Of a stretch of DNA of 37,920 nt, positions 9,060 to 17,141 are shown piece after piece. The translations under genes were made by a program, and so were the position numbers. The notes below the pieces were generated by a model. That model made no database searches and had not been told where the DNA came from. It saw only the letters and a program-made list of their open reading frames with translations. The DNA comes from an uncultured Bacillales bacterium (lineage in GTDB: Bacteria > Bacillota_I > Bacilli_A > RFN20 > CAG-826), in the NCBI GenBank assembly GCA_946183335.1, contig CAMGZN010000002.1:1-37920 (forward strand), in the 5' to 3' direction. Numbering within the stretch: the stretch's first letter is position 1; every line of letters starts with the position of its first letter.

Positions 9060-9839
9060 ATGTACGAGAAAGAGTTAAAAGTTGCTTTAGATGCTGTCCA
9101 TAAAGCGGGCAAAATCATCATGGAGATTTATAACTCCAATGAGCTTGGTGTGGAAATTAAAGAAGACAATTCTCCAGTCACCAAAGCAGATAAAGCAGCA
9201 GACAAACTCATCTCAGAAATCCTTCATGAAAACTTTCCAGACTACGGCTTATTAACGGAAGAATCCGTTGATGATAAATCTCGCTTAGAGAAAGATTATG
9301 TCTGGATTGTTGATCCAATTGACGGCACAAAAGAATACGTTGCTCATAGCGGCGAATTCACCGTCAATATTGGATTATCTTACAAACATATGCCAGTTTT
9401 AGGGGTGATTTTAATCCCTGTTACTGGCGAGATTTATTACGCCACCAAGAACGGTGGCGCTTTCTATTTAAACCAGGAATTGCTGGTGAAAATTCATTGT
9501 AATGACAAGATTTCTGATGTCACAACTCTGGTGTCTCGCTTCCATTCAAACGAGACCGAACAAGCGATGATTAAGAAACACTCTAATATCATCAAACATC
9601 AGAAAGTTGTCGGGGCAACAATCAAGGGCTGCTACATCGCTCATGGCAAAGCCGAAATGTCGTATCGTTTTTCTTCGAATACGAAGGAATGGGATACCTG
9701 TGCGATGCAAGCAATCGTTGAAGAGGCCGGCGGATTTATTCTCAAGTTCGACGGCACTCCAATTGTTTATAATCGCATAGACGTCTATAACAAAGACGGA
9801 TATGTTATTTGTAATCGGAAGGAAAATTTTTTATTATAG
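9060..9839 (+). CDS. Inositol monophosphatase-family protein (CysQ/SuhB-like, possible 3'(2'),5'-bisphosphate nucleotidase)
   Basis: LLTEES, WIVDPIDGTKEY and EWDTCAMQAIVEEAGG motifs. I prefer ATG 9060 (MYEKEL), 1 nt after the nrnA stop, over the track start at 8892, which lies inside nrnA. Confidence 0.75.
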   Translation: MYEKELKVALDAVHKAGKIIMEIYNSNELGVEIKEDNSPVTKADKAADKLISEILHENFPDYGLLTEESVDDKSRLEKDYVWIVDPIDGTKEYVAHSGEFTVNIGLSYKHMPVLGVILIPVTGEIYYATKNGGAFYLNQELLVKIHCNDKISDVTTLVSRFHSNETEQAMIKKHSNIIKHQKVVGATIKGCYIAHGKAEMSYRFSSNTKEWDTCAMQAIVEEAGGFILKFDGTPIVYNRIDVYNKDGYVICNRKENFLL

Positions 9840-9863
9840 ATAATAAGGATAAGGAGAACACTT

Positions 9864-11429
9864 ATGAAAAAATCTTCGTTAACTATGCTTTTAGTTGTTC
9901 CTCTCTTGCTCGTTGGTTGTGGTAAGAAGGGTGGCGATAAAGAACCAAAAGCTCCATTTGCAGTTCCAGTTGTTGATGTCGAACATTTAGAAATTAACTT
10001 ACCAACAATGCCAACTTTCGATACTTCTGCTGCATGTAAGAAGGATGGAGACTATGACGTGATCGATCTTTATGAAATGTCTGATATGCACGCCATGATC
10101 GACTTTAATGATTCGAAAGGTTATTACGGTTTCTCTGGTTTAGCAAATTTTATGAAAGAAAAACGTCAAGCCAACCCAGGAACAATTCTTATCTCCTCTG
10201 GAGATATGTGGCAAGGTGGTTCAGAATCAAACCTCACCCGTGGCAAAGTTGTTGCGGAATGTATGAGATACGTTGGTTTCGAATCAATGGCTCTTGGAAA
10301 CCACGAATTTGACTGGGGAGAAGAAGTGATTAAACATAATTCTGGTTATTTTACTGCAGATATGCCATTACTTGCTGGTAACTTAGTTGATAAACGTACA
10401 AACGCTCGTCCAACATTCTTAAAACCATCCCATGTCATTGAACGTGGTGGATATAAGATTGGTGTCATTGGAACTATTGGTGATATTGAATATTCAATTG
10501 CTAAATCCGCTTTTGCGAATTTCCAATTAACAAGTTCTTCTGAGTTCGCTTTTAGCGAATCAGCCCGCTTACGTAACGAAGAACACTGTGACATTGTCGT
10601 CTGGAGTTCTCACGAAGAAGCGACTGACTCAATGGTCATTCCAGCTGGTGTTGATGTTATTTTCGGAGGACACACCCACGAAGATGTCAATAAGTCAGCG
10701 ATGAACGCTACACTTGGTCACTCCGTTCCAATCCTTGAAACTCAAAACTATGGACAGTCAATTGCCCATGCTCAATTAAAAATTAATCCATCAACTAAAA
10801 CTGTTGTTGAAGCAACCGGTGAAAACATTCGTGCAGAAAACAACAAATCATACTTAGTTGATGAAGCAAATGTGAAAGGTTTAATTGATCAATACAAAGC
10901 TGCAACAGCTGTTGTTAAACAATACGAATTAAACAAAGTTTCTGGTAAGTTTGGTGCTGAAATTGAATTAGCTAACCTTTCCTGCAAAGCAATGTTTGAT
11001 ATGTATAACGATGGAACATTCTTCTGTGCTCTTCAAAATGGTGCAGGTGGTGTTCGTAGTGATATTGATGAAGGTATGGTCACCTATGGTGACATCTATA
11101 CCGCCTTCCCATTCGATAACGAAATCGTCACTTTTGAAGTTGCTGGAAATAAACTCCGTGACTTCTTCCAGAAGAGTGGCGTTCGCGGATGTAACAAATA
11201 CGTTGCTGAAACTTCCTTCTCTAAAGTTGATAAAACCAAAACATATAAGGTTGTTACGACAGACTTTGTCTGCACCAATATACTTAAAATGGCTGAAGGC
11301 TCATTTACTCCACTTGCTGGAACAGTTATCCGTGATGCTGTGGCGGAATACATTTATAACACAAGTGGCTTAAAAGCCACGAACTTCAGTAAAGATAAGG
11401 GCAATTATCAAGAGCCAACAAACGACTAG
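9864..11429 (+). CDS. Lipoprotein, bifunctional metallophosphatase / 5'-nucleotidase (UshA-like)
   Basis: Lipobox LVGC. Calcineurin-like motifs are DMHA, GDMWQG, GNHEFD and GGHTHE, followed by a 5'-nucleotidase C-terminal-like half. Confidence 0.8.
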   Translation: MKKSSLTMLLVVPLLLVGCGKKGGDKEPKAPFAVPVVDVEHLEINLPTMPTFDTSAACKKDGDYDVIDLYEMSDMHAMIDFNDSKGYYGFSGLANFMKEKRQANPGTILISSGDMWQGGSESNLTRGKVVAECMRYVGFESMALGNHEFDWGEEVIKHNSGYFTADMPLLAGNLVDKRTNARPTFLKPSHVIERGGYKIGVIGTIGDIEYSIAKSAFANFQLTSSSEFAFSESARLRNEEHCDIVVWSSHEEATDSMVIPAGVDVIFGGHTHEDVNKSAMNATLGHSVPILETQNYGQSIAHAQLKINPSTKTVVEATGENIRAENNKSYLVDEANVKGLIDQYKAATAVVKQYELNKVSGKFGAEIELANLSCKAMFDMYNDGTFFCALQNGAGGVRSDIDEGMVTYGDIYTAFPFDNEIVTFEVAGNKLRDFFQKSGVRGCNKYVAETSFSKVDKTKTYKVVTTDFVCTNILKMAEGSFTPLAGTVIRDAVAEYIYNTSGLKATNFSKDKGNYQEPTND

Positions 11430-11439
11430 GAGAAAAGAT

Positions 11440-11769
11440 ATGGCAAAGAAAGTTGTTAAGAAAACTGCGAAGAAGCCAGCAAAAAAGGCTCCAGCAAAGA
11501 AACCAGCTAAAAAAGCTGCACCAAAGAAAGAGGTGAAGAAAGCCCCAGCTAAAAAAGCTGCTCCTGAATCAACACGCGTCTATCACGTTGTGAAACGTTC
11601 TGATGGAAAATGGGAAGTCAAATTTGCTGGTGGAGAAAAGGCAATCAAGCTATTTGATCGCCAAGATGAAGCCATTGTCTATTCTCGTAAGATGAGCAAG
11701 AACCAAAAAGGTGCGATGCTCATCCATAATTCGAAAGGCAAAAACAAAGGCCGAATTAAATCAAAGTAA
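11440..11769 (+). CDS. DUF2188-domain protein with histone-H1-like Lys/Ala/Pro repeat N-terminus
   Basis: N-terminus is AKKVVKKTAKKPAKKAPAKKPAKKAAPKKEVKKAPAKKAAP. C-terminus YHVVKRSDGKWEVKFAGGEKAIKLFDRQDEAI resembles DUF2188. Confidence 0.65.
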   Translation: MAKKVVKKTAKKPAKKAPAKKPAKKAAPKKEVKKAPAKKAAPESTRVYHVVKRSDGKWEVKFAGGEKAIKLFDRQDEAIVYSRKMSKNQKGAMLIHNSKGKNKGRIKSK

Positions 11770-11786
11770 TATTTATATTAAATAAA

Positions 11787-11815
11787 GAAAACGTCGCTTA
11801 TTTAGCGGCGTTTTC
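11787..11815. terminator. Bidirectional stem-loop between convergent genes
   Basis: AAAACGTCGC-ttattta-GCGGCGTTTT, flanked by A and T runs. It overlaps the last codons of the minus-strand NifU-like gene. Confidence 0.6.
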
Positions 11816-12061
11816 TTCTTTCTTTGGCATTTCTGATGCAAGCTTTACTCCAATGACTCCTGGAACCTCTTCTTGAAGGATGATTTCAATTCCATCAGAG
11901 ATGGTGGAGTCAATAAGCATACAGTCCTGACAAGCGCCTTTCATATTGATATAAACAATTCCATCAATAAAATCGACAAATTCAACGTCTCCTCCATCAC
12001 GATTAATGAATGGACGAACTTTGTCTAAGGTCTGTTGAATGAGGGCGATTGTCTCTTCCAT
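11798..12061 (-). CDS. NifU-like (Nfu C-terminal domain) Fe-S cluster protein
   Basis: 87 aa. VRPFINRDGGDVEFVDF...MKGACQDCMLIDSTI (CxxC) is typical of the NifU C-terminal domain. Confidence 0.8.
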   Translation of the reverse strand: MEETIALIQQTLDKVRPFINRDGGDVEFVDFIDGIVYINMKGACQDCMLIDSTISDGIEIILQEEVPGVIGVKLASEMPKKEENAAK

Positions 12062-12102
12062 GTGAATAATTATTATTCAGCATTTATTGAAGTGCAAGAA
12101 AA

Positions 12103-12537
12103 ATGCAAAGTAAAAATATTCGTGCTAACATATTCAGCATGACGATTAGAAAAAGAAAATCCACGTTTCGATTAACAGTCTCTCATTTCAAGATTCTTGA
12201 GACAGTTGATGAACTGAACGAACAACACGATTATCCAACCGCGAAAGGCGTGAATAACATTTTAAGCGGTAAGCCTGATCCAGAAACAAAGAAGTTCATC
12301 AACCTCAAGACATTTGGAACTCTTTTATCGTTCCCTGGAAGGAAACTTTGTTCTTATATATTAAATATGGTTCGTCGCGGGTACCTTACGTACGTATATG
12401 ACGAAAAGAGTGATCAAATGTATCTTAAGATTACTGAAAAAGGTAAAGCGGAACTCTTTACATTCAATAAGAAACATAAAACTTCTTACAAGAAGAAAAC
12501 CCCAACGTTACACGCTGAGGTTGCTCATATTGAATAA
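12103..12537 (+). CDS. Hypothetical protein, possible winged-helix (RQC-like) DNA-binding domain
   Basis: ORF only. The segment YPTAKGVNNILSGK...LSFPGRKLCSYILNMVRRGYLTYVYDEKSDQMYLKITEKG looks like a wHTH. The start codon is uncertain because no clear SD is present. Confidence 0.4.
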   Translation: MQSKNIRANIFSMTIRKRKSTFRLTVSHFKILETVDELNEQHDYPTAKGVNNILSGKPDPETKKFINLKTFGTLLSFPGRKLCSYILNMVRRGYLTYVYDEKSDQMYLKITEKGKAELFTFNKKHKTSYKKKTPTLHAEVAHIE

Positions 12538-12544
12538 ACAAAAA

Positions 12545-12578
12545 AATAATCGGTTCAATGACCGATTATTTATTTTTT
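12545..12578. terminator. Bidirectional rho-independent terminator
   Basis: AATAATCGGT-tcaatg-ACCGATTATT, with an A run upstream and a T run downstream, between convergent genes. Confidence 0.75.
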
Positions 12579-13105
12579 AAGTAGGAATAAGATTCTTTCT
12601 TTGGAGTGTATGGTTGTTTGCTTTCTTTAATTAAGGCCACAATTGCAGCATATAATGTTCCAACAGTGCTTAACGCAAGTAAGCTGGCTCCAAGATATGG
12701 AACCCATAACGCAACAGAAGTTTCAGTGTAGCGAGTATAGAGCTTATCAATCCAACTACCAACGCAGAAGAGCATAATGGTGGAGACAAGCATAATAATA
12801 CCGGCTAAGAGTAGAAGTGCACTGGACTTCTTGTAGAACACGTAACAAACGACTGCGAGAACAAGAAGAACAATAAAGGCAATTCCAGCACCTGAAACAA
12901 GAGCACCTCCATCAACGGCGTGAGCTTGTAAATTACGAGCTTCTTGTGTTCCGCCAAAGATGAATTCATAACCACCCATCGCACCTTTTGTGACTGAACC
13001 ATTTGGAATCAATTGTGCAAATTGTTCTGGAATGGCGAAGAGCACAAGTGTGAGAACGATGGCCACCAATGAAAATAAAACAACGAATTTCGCTTTATCT
13101 TTCAT
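12566..13105 (-). CDS. Hypothetical integral membrane protein (about 5 TM)
   Basis: 179 aa with several long hydrophobic segments. SD AAGGAGGAATAACATG. No recognised family. Confidence 0.6.
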   Translation of the reverse strand: MKDKAKFVVLFSLVAIVLTLVLFAIPEQFAQLIPNGSVTKGAMGGYEFIFGGTQEARNLQAHAVDGGALVSGAGIAFIVLLVLAVVCYVFYKKSSALLLLAGIIMLVSTIMLFCVGSWIDKLYTRYTETSVALWVPYLGASLLALSTVGTLYAAIVALIKESKQPYTPKKESYSYLKNK

Positions 13106-13133
13106 GTTATTCCTCCTTGTTTCTACTTAATAG

Positions 13134-13208
13134 TGGTTGGGGCGGCTGGGATCGAACCAGCGAATGGCGAGTTCAGAGCCCGCTGCCTTACCGCTTGGCT
13201 ACGCCCCA
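13134..13208 (-). tRNA. tRNA-Gln (anticodon CUG)
   Basis: Reverse complement is TGGGGCGTAGCCAAGCGGTAAGGCAGCGGGCTCTGAACTCGCC...GGTTCGATCCCAGCCGCCCCAACCA. It folds as a cloverleaf with a U1-A72 pair, anticodon loop CTCTGAA, and encoded CCA. Confidence 0.85.
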
Positions 13209-13230
13209 ATAAATTAAAAGTGGCGTAAAT

Positions 13231-13319
13231 TGGTGCCCGGGACCGGACTTGAACCGGTATGGGATTTGACTCCCGAAGGATTTTAAGTCCTTTGCGTCTA
13301 CCAATTTCGCCACCTGGGC
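13231..13319 (-). tRNA. tRNA-Leu (anticodon UAA)
   Basis: Reverse complement is GCCCAGGTGGCGAAATTGGTAGACGCAAAGGACTTAAAATCC plus a long variable arm and GGTTCAAGTCCGGTCCCGGGCACCA. One A5:C68 mismatch in the acceptor stem. Confidence 0.85.
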
Positions 13320-13322
13320 ATT

Positions 13323-13399
13323 TGGTCTCCCGTAGACGATTTGAACGTCCGACCCCTTGATTAAAAGTCGAGTGCTCTAGCCAGCTGAGCTAACGGGAG
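13323..13399 (-). tRNA. tRNA-Lys (anticodon UUU)
   Basis: Reverse complement is CTCCCGTTAGCTCAGCTGGCTAGAGCACTCGACTTTTAATCAAGGGGTCGGACGTTCAAATCGTCTACGGGAGACCA. It has a C1-G72 pair and a C29:A41 mismatch in the anticodon stem. Confidence 0.8.
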
Positions 13400-13425
13400 A
13401 TGTTCGCGATTTATAAAAATCGCTT

Positions 13426-13460
13426 GATTATTATTACACACGTTAATAGTTATTGCTAGA
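13426..13460 (-). promoter_or_regulatory. Candidate internal promoter of the tRNA array (extended -10 TGTGTAATAAT)
   Basis: The minus strand reads TAGCAA-N16-TGTGTAATAAT upstream of tRNA-Lys. The -35 element is weak. Confidence 0.35.
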
Positions 13461-13471
13461 ATTTTTTTAAT

Positions 13472-13502
13472 TAAAATAAAAAACACCCGGTAATAGGTGC
13501 TT
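13472..13502 (-). terminator. Weak candidate terminator inside the tRNA array
   Basis: The minus strand reads AGCACC-tattaccg-GGTGTT followed by TTTTTATTTT, downstream of tRNA-Gln(UUG). Confidence 0.35.
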
Positions 13503-13514
13503 AATTATCCGATT

Positions 13515-13590
13515 TGGTTGGGGTGGCTGGGATCGAACCAGCGAAATGATAGAGTCAAAGTCTATTGCCTTACCACTTGGCTACACCCCA
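13515..13590 (-). tRNA. tRNA-Gln (anticodon UUG)
   Basis: Reverse complement is TGGGGTGTAGCCAAGTGGTAAGGCAATAGACTTTGACTCTATC...GGTTCGATCCCAGCCACCCCAACCA. Confidence 0.88.
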
Positions 13591-13595
13591 AGAAA

Positions 13596-13679
13596 TGGTG
13601 GGCGAAGGTGGATTTGAACCATCGAACCCGAAGGAATTGATTTACAGTCAACCGCGTTTGGCCACTTCGCTATTCGCCC
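13596..13679 (-). tRNA. tRNA-Tyr (anticodon GUA)
   Basis: Reverse complement is GGGCGAATAGCGAAGTGGCCAAACGCGGTTGACTGTAAATCAA plus a long variable arm and GGTTCAAATCCACCTTCGCCCACCA. Confidence 0.88.
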
Positions 13680-13709
13680 ACATTTATTTGGGATTGGCAG
13701 TCGTCTTAG

Positions 13710-13785
13710 TGGTGGATGTTAAGGGGCTCGAACCCCTGACCCCCGCCGTGTAAAGGCGATGCTCTCCCAACTGAGCTAAACATCC
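13710..13785 (-). tRNA. tRNA-Val (anticodon UAC)
   Basis: Reverse complement is GGATGTTTAGCTCAGTTGGGAGAGCATCGCCTTTACACGGCGGGGGTCAGGGGTTCGAGCCCCTTAACATCCACCA. Confidence 0.9.
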
Positions 13786-13812
13786 AGTACACTTCGTAAG
13801 ACGTGCCTAGAT

Positions 13813-13841
13813 AATATATCAAAACGATATATTTGTGTCAA
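13813..13841 (-). promoter_or_regulatory. Promoter of the tRNA array (TTGACA-17-TATATT)
   Basis: The minus strand has a consensus -35 TTGACA (13836-13841), a 17-nt spacer and a -10 TATATT (13813-13818), immediately after the pgi stop codon. Confidence 0.7.
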
Positions 13842-13846
13842 TTGAA

Positions 13847-15127
13847 TTAATACCCTTTTTTGCCAAGGAGATGGAACATATTTTTCTTATAGATTTCCAC
13901 CCCTGGTTGATTGAATGGGTTTACTTTTAGTAAATAAGCCGACATTGCACAGGCTTTCATAAAGAAATAGAAAGCATAACCGAGATGGTATTCATCGAGT
14001 TTTTCCATCTCTAAAACAACGTTTGGAACTTGGCCTGATTTTTCATGTGCTTCAAGTGTGCCTAGGTAGGCTTGTTCATTTACATAATTAAGTGACTTTC
14101 CAGCAAGATAGTTTAATCCATCAAGGTCAGCAGCATCAGATGGGATTTTAACTTCATTTTTTGCATCCTTAATATGGAGGATTGTTTCAAACAAACACTT
14201 TGAACCATCTTGGATGAATTGACCTAAAGAATGTAGGTCTGTGGAGAAGGTCGCGGATGTCGGGAATAATCCTTGTCCGTCTTTACCTTCAGACTCGCCA
14301 TAAAGTTGTTTAAACCATTCGCCGAGTTGAACAAGTTTTGGCTCATACGAAACAAACAATTCAACCGACTTTTGCTGGAGTTTTTGATCATAACGAATTA
14401 CCGCATATTTGTAGGCTTCATTGTCAAATAATGAAGGTTTTGCGGTATCTTTTTGTGCTTGAAGAGCACCTTTCATAAGCTCATCAATATCAAGCCCTGC
14501 ACAGGCAATTGGAAATAGTCCGACAGCAGTGAAAACAGAGTAACGTCCGCCAATATCTCCAGGTAGCACAAATGTTGGATATCCTTCTTTTGTCGCTAAT
14601 GTTTTAAGAGCACCTTTCTCTTTGTCTGTGGTGGCAAAAATGGCTTTAGGAGCGCCTTCGACACCTTCTTTTTTCTCGAGTAAATTCCTCAGTAAGCGGA
14701 AGGCGATTGATGTTTCAGTGGTGGTGCCGCTCTTAGAGATGACATTAACCGCGAACTTCTTGTCTTTGATGTAATCTAAGACTTCGTATGTATAGTCACT
14801 TGAGAATGTCTGACCAAAGAAAATAATTTCGAGTTTATCCTTACTATGTAAACCACGTAAAGCTTCAATTGCAGCTCTAGCGCCTAAATAGGAACCGCCG
14901 ATACCACAAACAACTAAAACATCGAAGTTCTCACGAACATATTTCGCGTATTTCTTAATCGCTTCGAACTCGACTTTGTCGTAACTAGAAGGATAATTTA
15001 ACCAACCAAGGAAGTCGCTTCCTGGACCACTTTTTTCATGAATGATTTTGTGAACTTCATTCACTTCTTTCTCGTATCTTTTGTAGTCGACACCTTTAAT
15101 AAGGTGTTTATCATTTACTTTGATCAT
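13847..15127 (-). CDS. pgi: Glucose-6-phosphate isomerase
   Basis: 426 aa Gram-positive-type PGI. Motifs are VVCGIGGSYLGARAAIEAL, ISKSGTTTET and GESEGKDG. SD AAGGAGG. Confidence 0.92.
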   Translation of the reverse strand: MIKVNDKHLIKGVDYKRYEKEVNEVHKIIHEKSGPGSDFLGWLNYPSSYDKVEFEAIKKYAKYVRENFDVLVVCGIGGSYLGARAAIEALRGLHSKDKLEIIFFGQTFSSDYTYEVLDYIKDKKFAVNVISKSGTTTETSIAFRLLRNLLEKKEGVEGAPKAIFATTDKEKGALKTLATKEGYPTFVLPGDIGGRYSVFTAVGLFPIACAGLDIDELMKGALQAQKDTAKPSLFDNEAYKYAVIRYDQKLQQKSVELFVSYEPKLVQLGEWFKQLYGESEGKDGQGLFPTSATFSTDLHSLGQFIQDGSKCLFETILHIKDAKNEVKIPSDAADLDGLNYLAGKSLNYVNEQAYLGTLEAHEKSGQVPNVVLEMEKLDEYHLGYAFYFFMKACAMSAYLLKVNPFNQPGVEIYKKNMFHLLGKKGY

Positions 15128-15488
15128 GGCTAATTTCCTCCTTAGCTTGTTTGATCCATTCTGGAAGTTTTTCTTTTAACGCAGTGAAATCAATGTATTT
15201 TGGATCAATTGGATTACGTTTCACTTGTGAATTACGGTAAGCGTCTTTTTCTTCTTCGGTAATCTTACTCATTGACACCTTTAAAAACCCGTCTGATTCA
15301 ATATCAATGACCTTCACCTGATATGTTTTTCCAATCTTTAAATATCTATTGATATTTCTGATGAATGTATTTGCAATTTCAGAGATATGAAGAAGACCTA
15401 AAGATTCATCATCAAAAATCATAATCGCTCCAAATGGACGAATATTAATAATTGTTCCTTCAATAATGTCGTTTACTTGGTAATTCAT
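15111..15488 (-). CDS. S1 RNA-binding domain protein (YugI/GSP13/CvfD-like)
   Basis: IIEGTIINIRPFGAIMIFDDESLGLLHISEI...YQVKVIDIESDGFLKVSM forms a single S1 domain. The gene overlaps the pgi start by 17 nt. Confidence 0.8.
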   Translation of the reverse strand: MNYQVNDIIEGTIINIRPFGAIMIFDDESLGLLHISEIANTFIRNINRYLKIGKTYQVKVIDIESDGFLKVSMSKITEEEKDAYRNSQVKRNPIDPKYIDFTALKEKLPEWIKQAKEEISHDQSK

Positions 15489-16141
15489 TTTTGGTTTAAA
15501 TAGGCTTCGACTAAAGCAATATCGTCTTTAGTTGTCACTTTTAATGTTTGTTTATCACCCTGGATAAAGCCAATCTCACCATAAGGACGATACATACTGG
15601 CTTCATCTAAGGCTTTTGGATCAAAATGGTCTTTAAAGACTTTTTTAATAACTTCAATACGGAAGGCTTGAGGCGTTTGTACACGGAACAAATCATGTCG
15701 ATCCACATAGCTATTCTTACTCAAAGAGTAAGTAGCATCTTCTTGTAGTAAGAATGGGACAACACATTTACTCTTTTGAAGTTCATCAATCAGGCGAGTA
15801 ATCAAACTTTCGCGCACAAGAGGACGCGCACCGTCATGAATAAGGACATAGCCTTTTTCAAAGCTTACCGCGTCAAGTCCGTTACGAACGGATTCAGCTC
15901 TTGTTTCACCTCCATAAACCATTTTCTTAACTTTGTTAAAACCAAAGTCAGAAACTAGCTTTTGGAGTTCTTGTTCATCTTCTTGTCTAACGACAAGAAC
16001 AATTTCATCAACAAGTGGATGAGAATCAAATGCCTTAATTGTATAGGAAACCAATGGTTTTCCGTTCACTGGAAAGAACTGTTTGGCCTGACCAAAACGA
16101 GTGGAATTTCCCGCTAAAACAATTACGACAGAAGTATTCAT
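15485..16141 (-). CDS. ispD: 2-C-methyl-D-erythritol 4-phosphate cytidylyltransferase
   Basis: VIVLAGNSTRFG..KQF, IHDGARP and RVQTPQAF motifs. It has 4-nt ATGA overlaps with both neighbouring genes. Confidence 0.88.
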   Translation of the reverse strand: MNTSVVIVLAGNSTRFGQAKQFFPVNGKPLVSYTIKAFDSHPLVDEIVLVVRQEDEQELQKLVSDFGFNKVKKMVYGGETRAESVRNGLDAVSFEKGYVLIHDGARPLVRESLITRLIDELQKSKCVVPFLLQEDATYSLSKNSYVDRHDLFRVQTPQAFRIEVIKKVFKDHFDPKALDEASMYRPYGEIGFIQGDKQTLKVTTKDDIALVEAYLNQK

Positions 16142-16989
16142 TGTTTCTCGCCGACTTCTTTCTTGAAGATTTTTTCTTCTTGATCACGTAAGACGGCGTT
16201 TGTGGCGACGTTATCAATTACAGCCTTAACGATGGTGTCGAGGTGTGAGCCATCTTCATAGTTAGCTAAACAAGCGTAATTGACACGTCCTCCTTTTAGA
16301 AGTGTGCGAATTGTATCTTTATTACCTTTGGCAAAGATTGCAATGGATTTTCCTCCGTTATCTTTGACAAGTTGCATACATGGGACATCAGTCATTCCGT
16401 CGCCCATGTAAATCATGTTGCTGTAAGGAACGCGGTGGTCAACACCTTTGGTGTTTACCTTGGCATCATCGGTGACATCAAGAGCACCTTTAGAAATACG
16501 GAAGAAATATTGGGTTTTTTGAGTGTAGTTGACGGCGAGTTTTGGCCAAATTGGTTGGCCACTCTTTTCGTCGAATAAAAACTCACATCCAAAGATTTGC
16601 TTGAATTGTTTATAAATGGAGCATCCTTCAATGATTTCTTTGGTTCCGCTACTAATTAAGTAGTGCTCAACAATAACTCCTCTTTTCTTTCCATAATCAT
16701 TGATACGTTTGAACCATGTTTCAACACCCGGGAAGTATTTAATTCCAGAACCCATTTTATTTAAGGATTTTCTAGAAAGATCAACACCTTTTTCTCTAGA
16801 AAGATCAATCATCATATACATATAGGAAAGAATTCTTTCACAGCCTGTTTTTTTGGAAAATTCTCCTGTTGCTCCCCAGAATTGATCCGGTGTCATACCT
16901 AAGGCTGGAATGAAGCCATAGTTTTGCATATCAGTGGTCGACAATGTTTTATCAAAGTCGTACATAATGGCAACGATTGGTTTTTTCAT
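16138..16989 (-). CDS. HAD-superfamily hydrolase
   Basis: Motif I is YDFDKTL and motif IV is YMGDGMTD. I prefer ATG 16989 (MKKPIVAI), preceded by SD GAGGTG, over the track start at 17103. Confidence 0.75.
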   Translation of the reverse strand: MKKPIVAIMYDFDKTLSTTDMQNYGFIPALGMTPDQFWGATGEFSKKTGCERILSYMYMMIDLSREKGVDLSRKSLNKMGSGIKYFPGVETWFKRINDYGKKRGVIVEHYLISSGTKEIIEGCSIYKQFKQIFGCEFLFDEKSGQPIWPKLAVNYTQKTQYFFRISKGALDVTDDAKVNTKGVDHRVPYSNMIYMGDGMTDVPCMQLVKDNGGKSIAIFAKGNKDTIRTLLKGGRVNYACLANYEDGSHLDTIVKAVIDNVATNAVLRDQEEKIFKKEVGEKQ

Positions 16990-17033
16990 ATTTTTCACCT
17001 CACTAGCAAGCGCACAATAAAACGCCTGTACAT

Positions 17034-17064
17034 ATTGTATCGCAATTGGCACCAAATGCCAATT
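17034..17064 (-). promoter_or_regulatory. Candidate promoter of the HAD-ispD-S1-pgi operon, with an overlapping 8-bp-arm inverted repeat
   Basis: The minus strand has TTGGCA (17057-17062), a 17-nt spacer and TACAAT (17034-17039). The palindrome AATTGGCA-ccaaa-TGCCAATT (17044-17064) covers the -35 element. Confidence 0.5.
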
Positions 17065-17096
17065 TTCAAACAATTCGTGAGTGCGTGAGGCAAATA

Positions 17097-17132
17097 AAAA
17101 CACCGCGAATTAACCAAGAACTGCGGTGTTTT
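17097..17132 (-). terminator. Candidate terminator after the endonuclease gene
   Basis: The minus strand reads ACACCGC, a 16-nt loop, GCGGTGT, then TTTTATTT. Confidence 0.5.
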
Positions 17133-17141
17133 TTGATTTTT

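Noticed and set aside
13565-13753. 62-aa + strand ORF in the ORF track.
   Set aside because: It is the reverse complement of tRNA-Gln, tRNA-Tyr and tRNA-Val genes, so it is an artefact.
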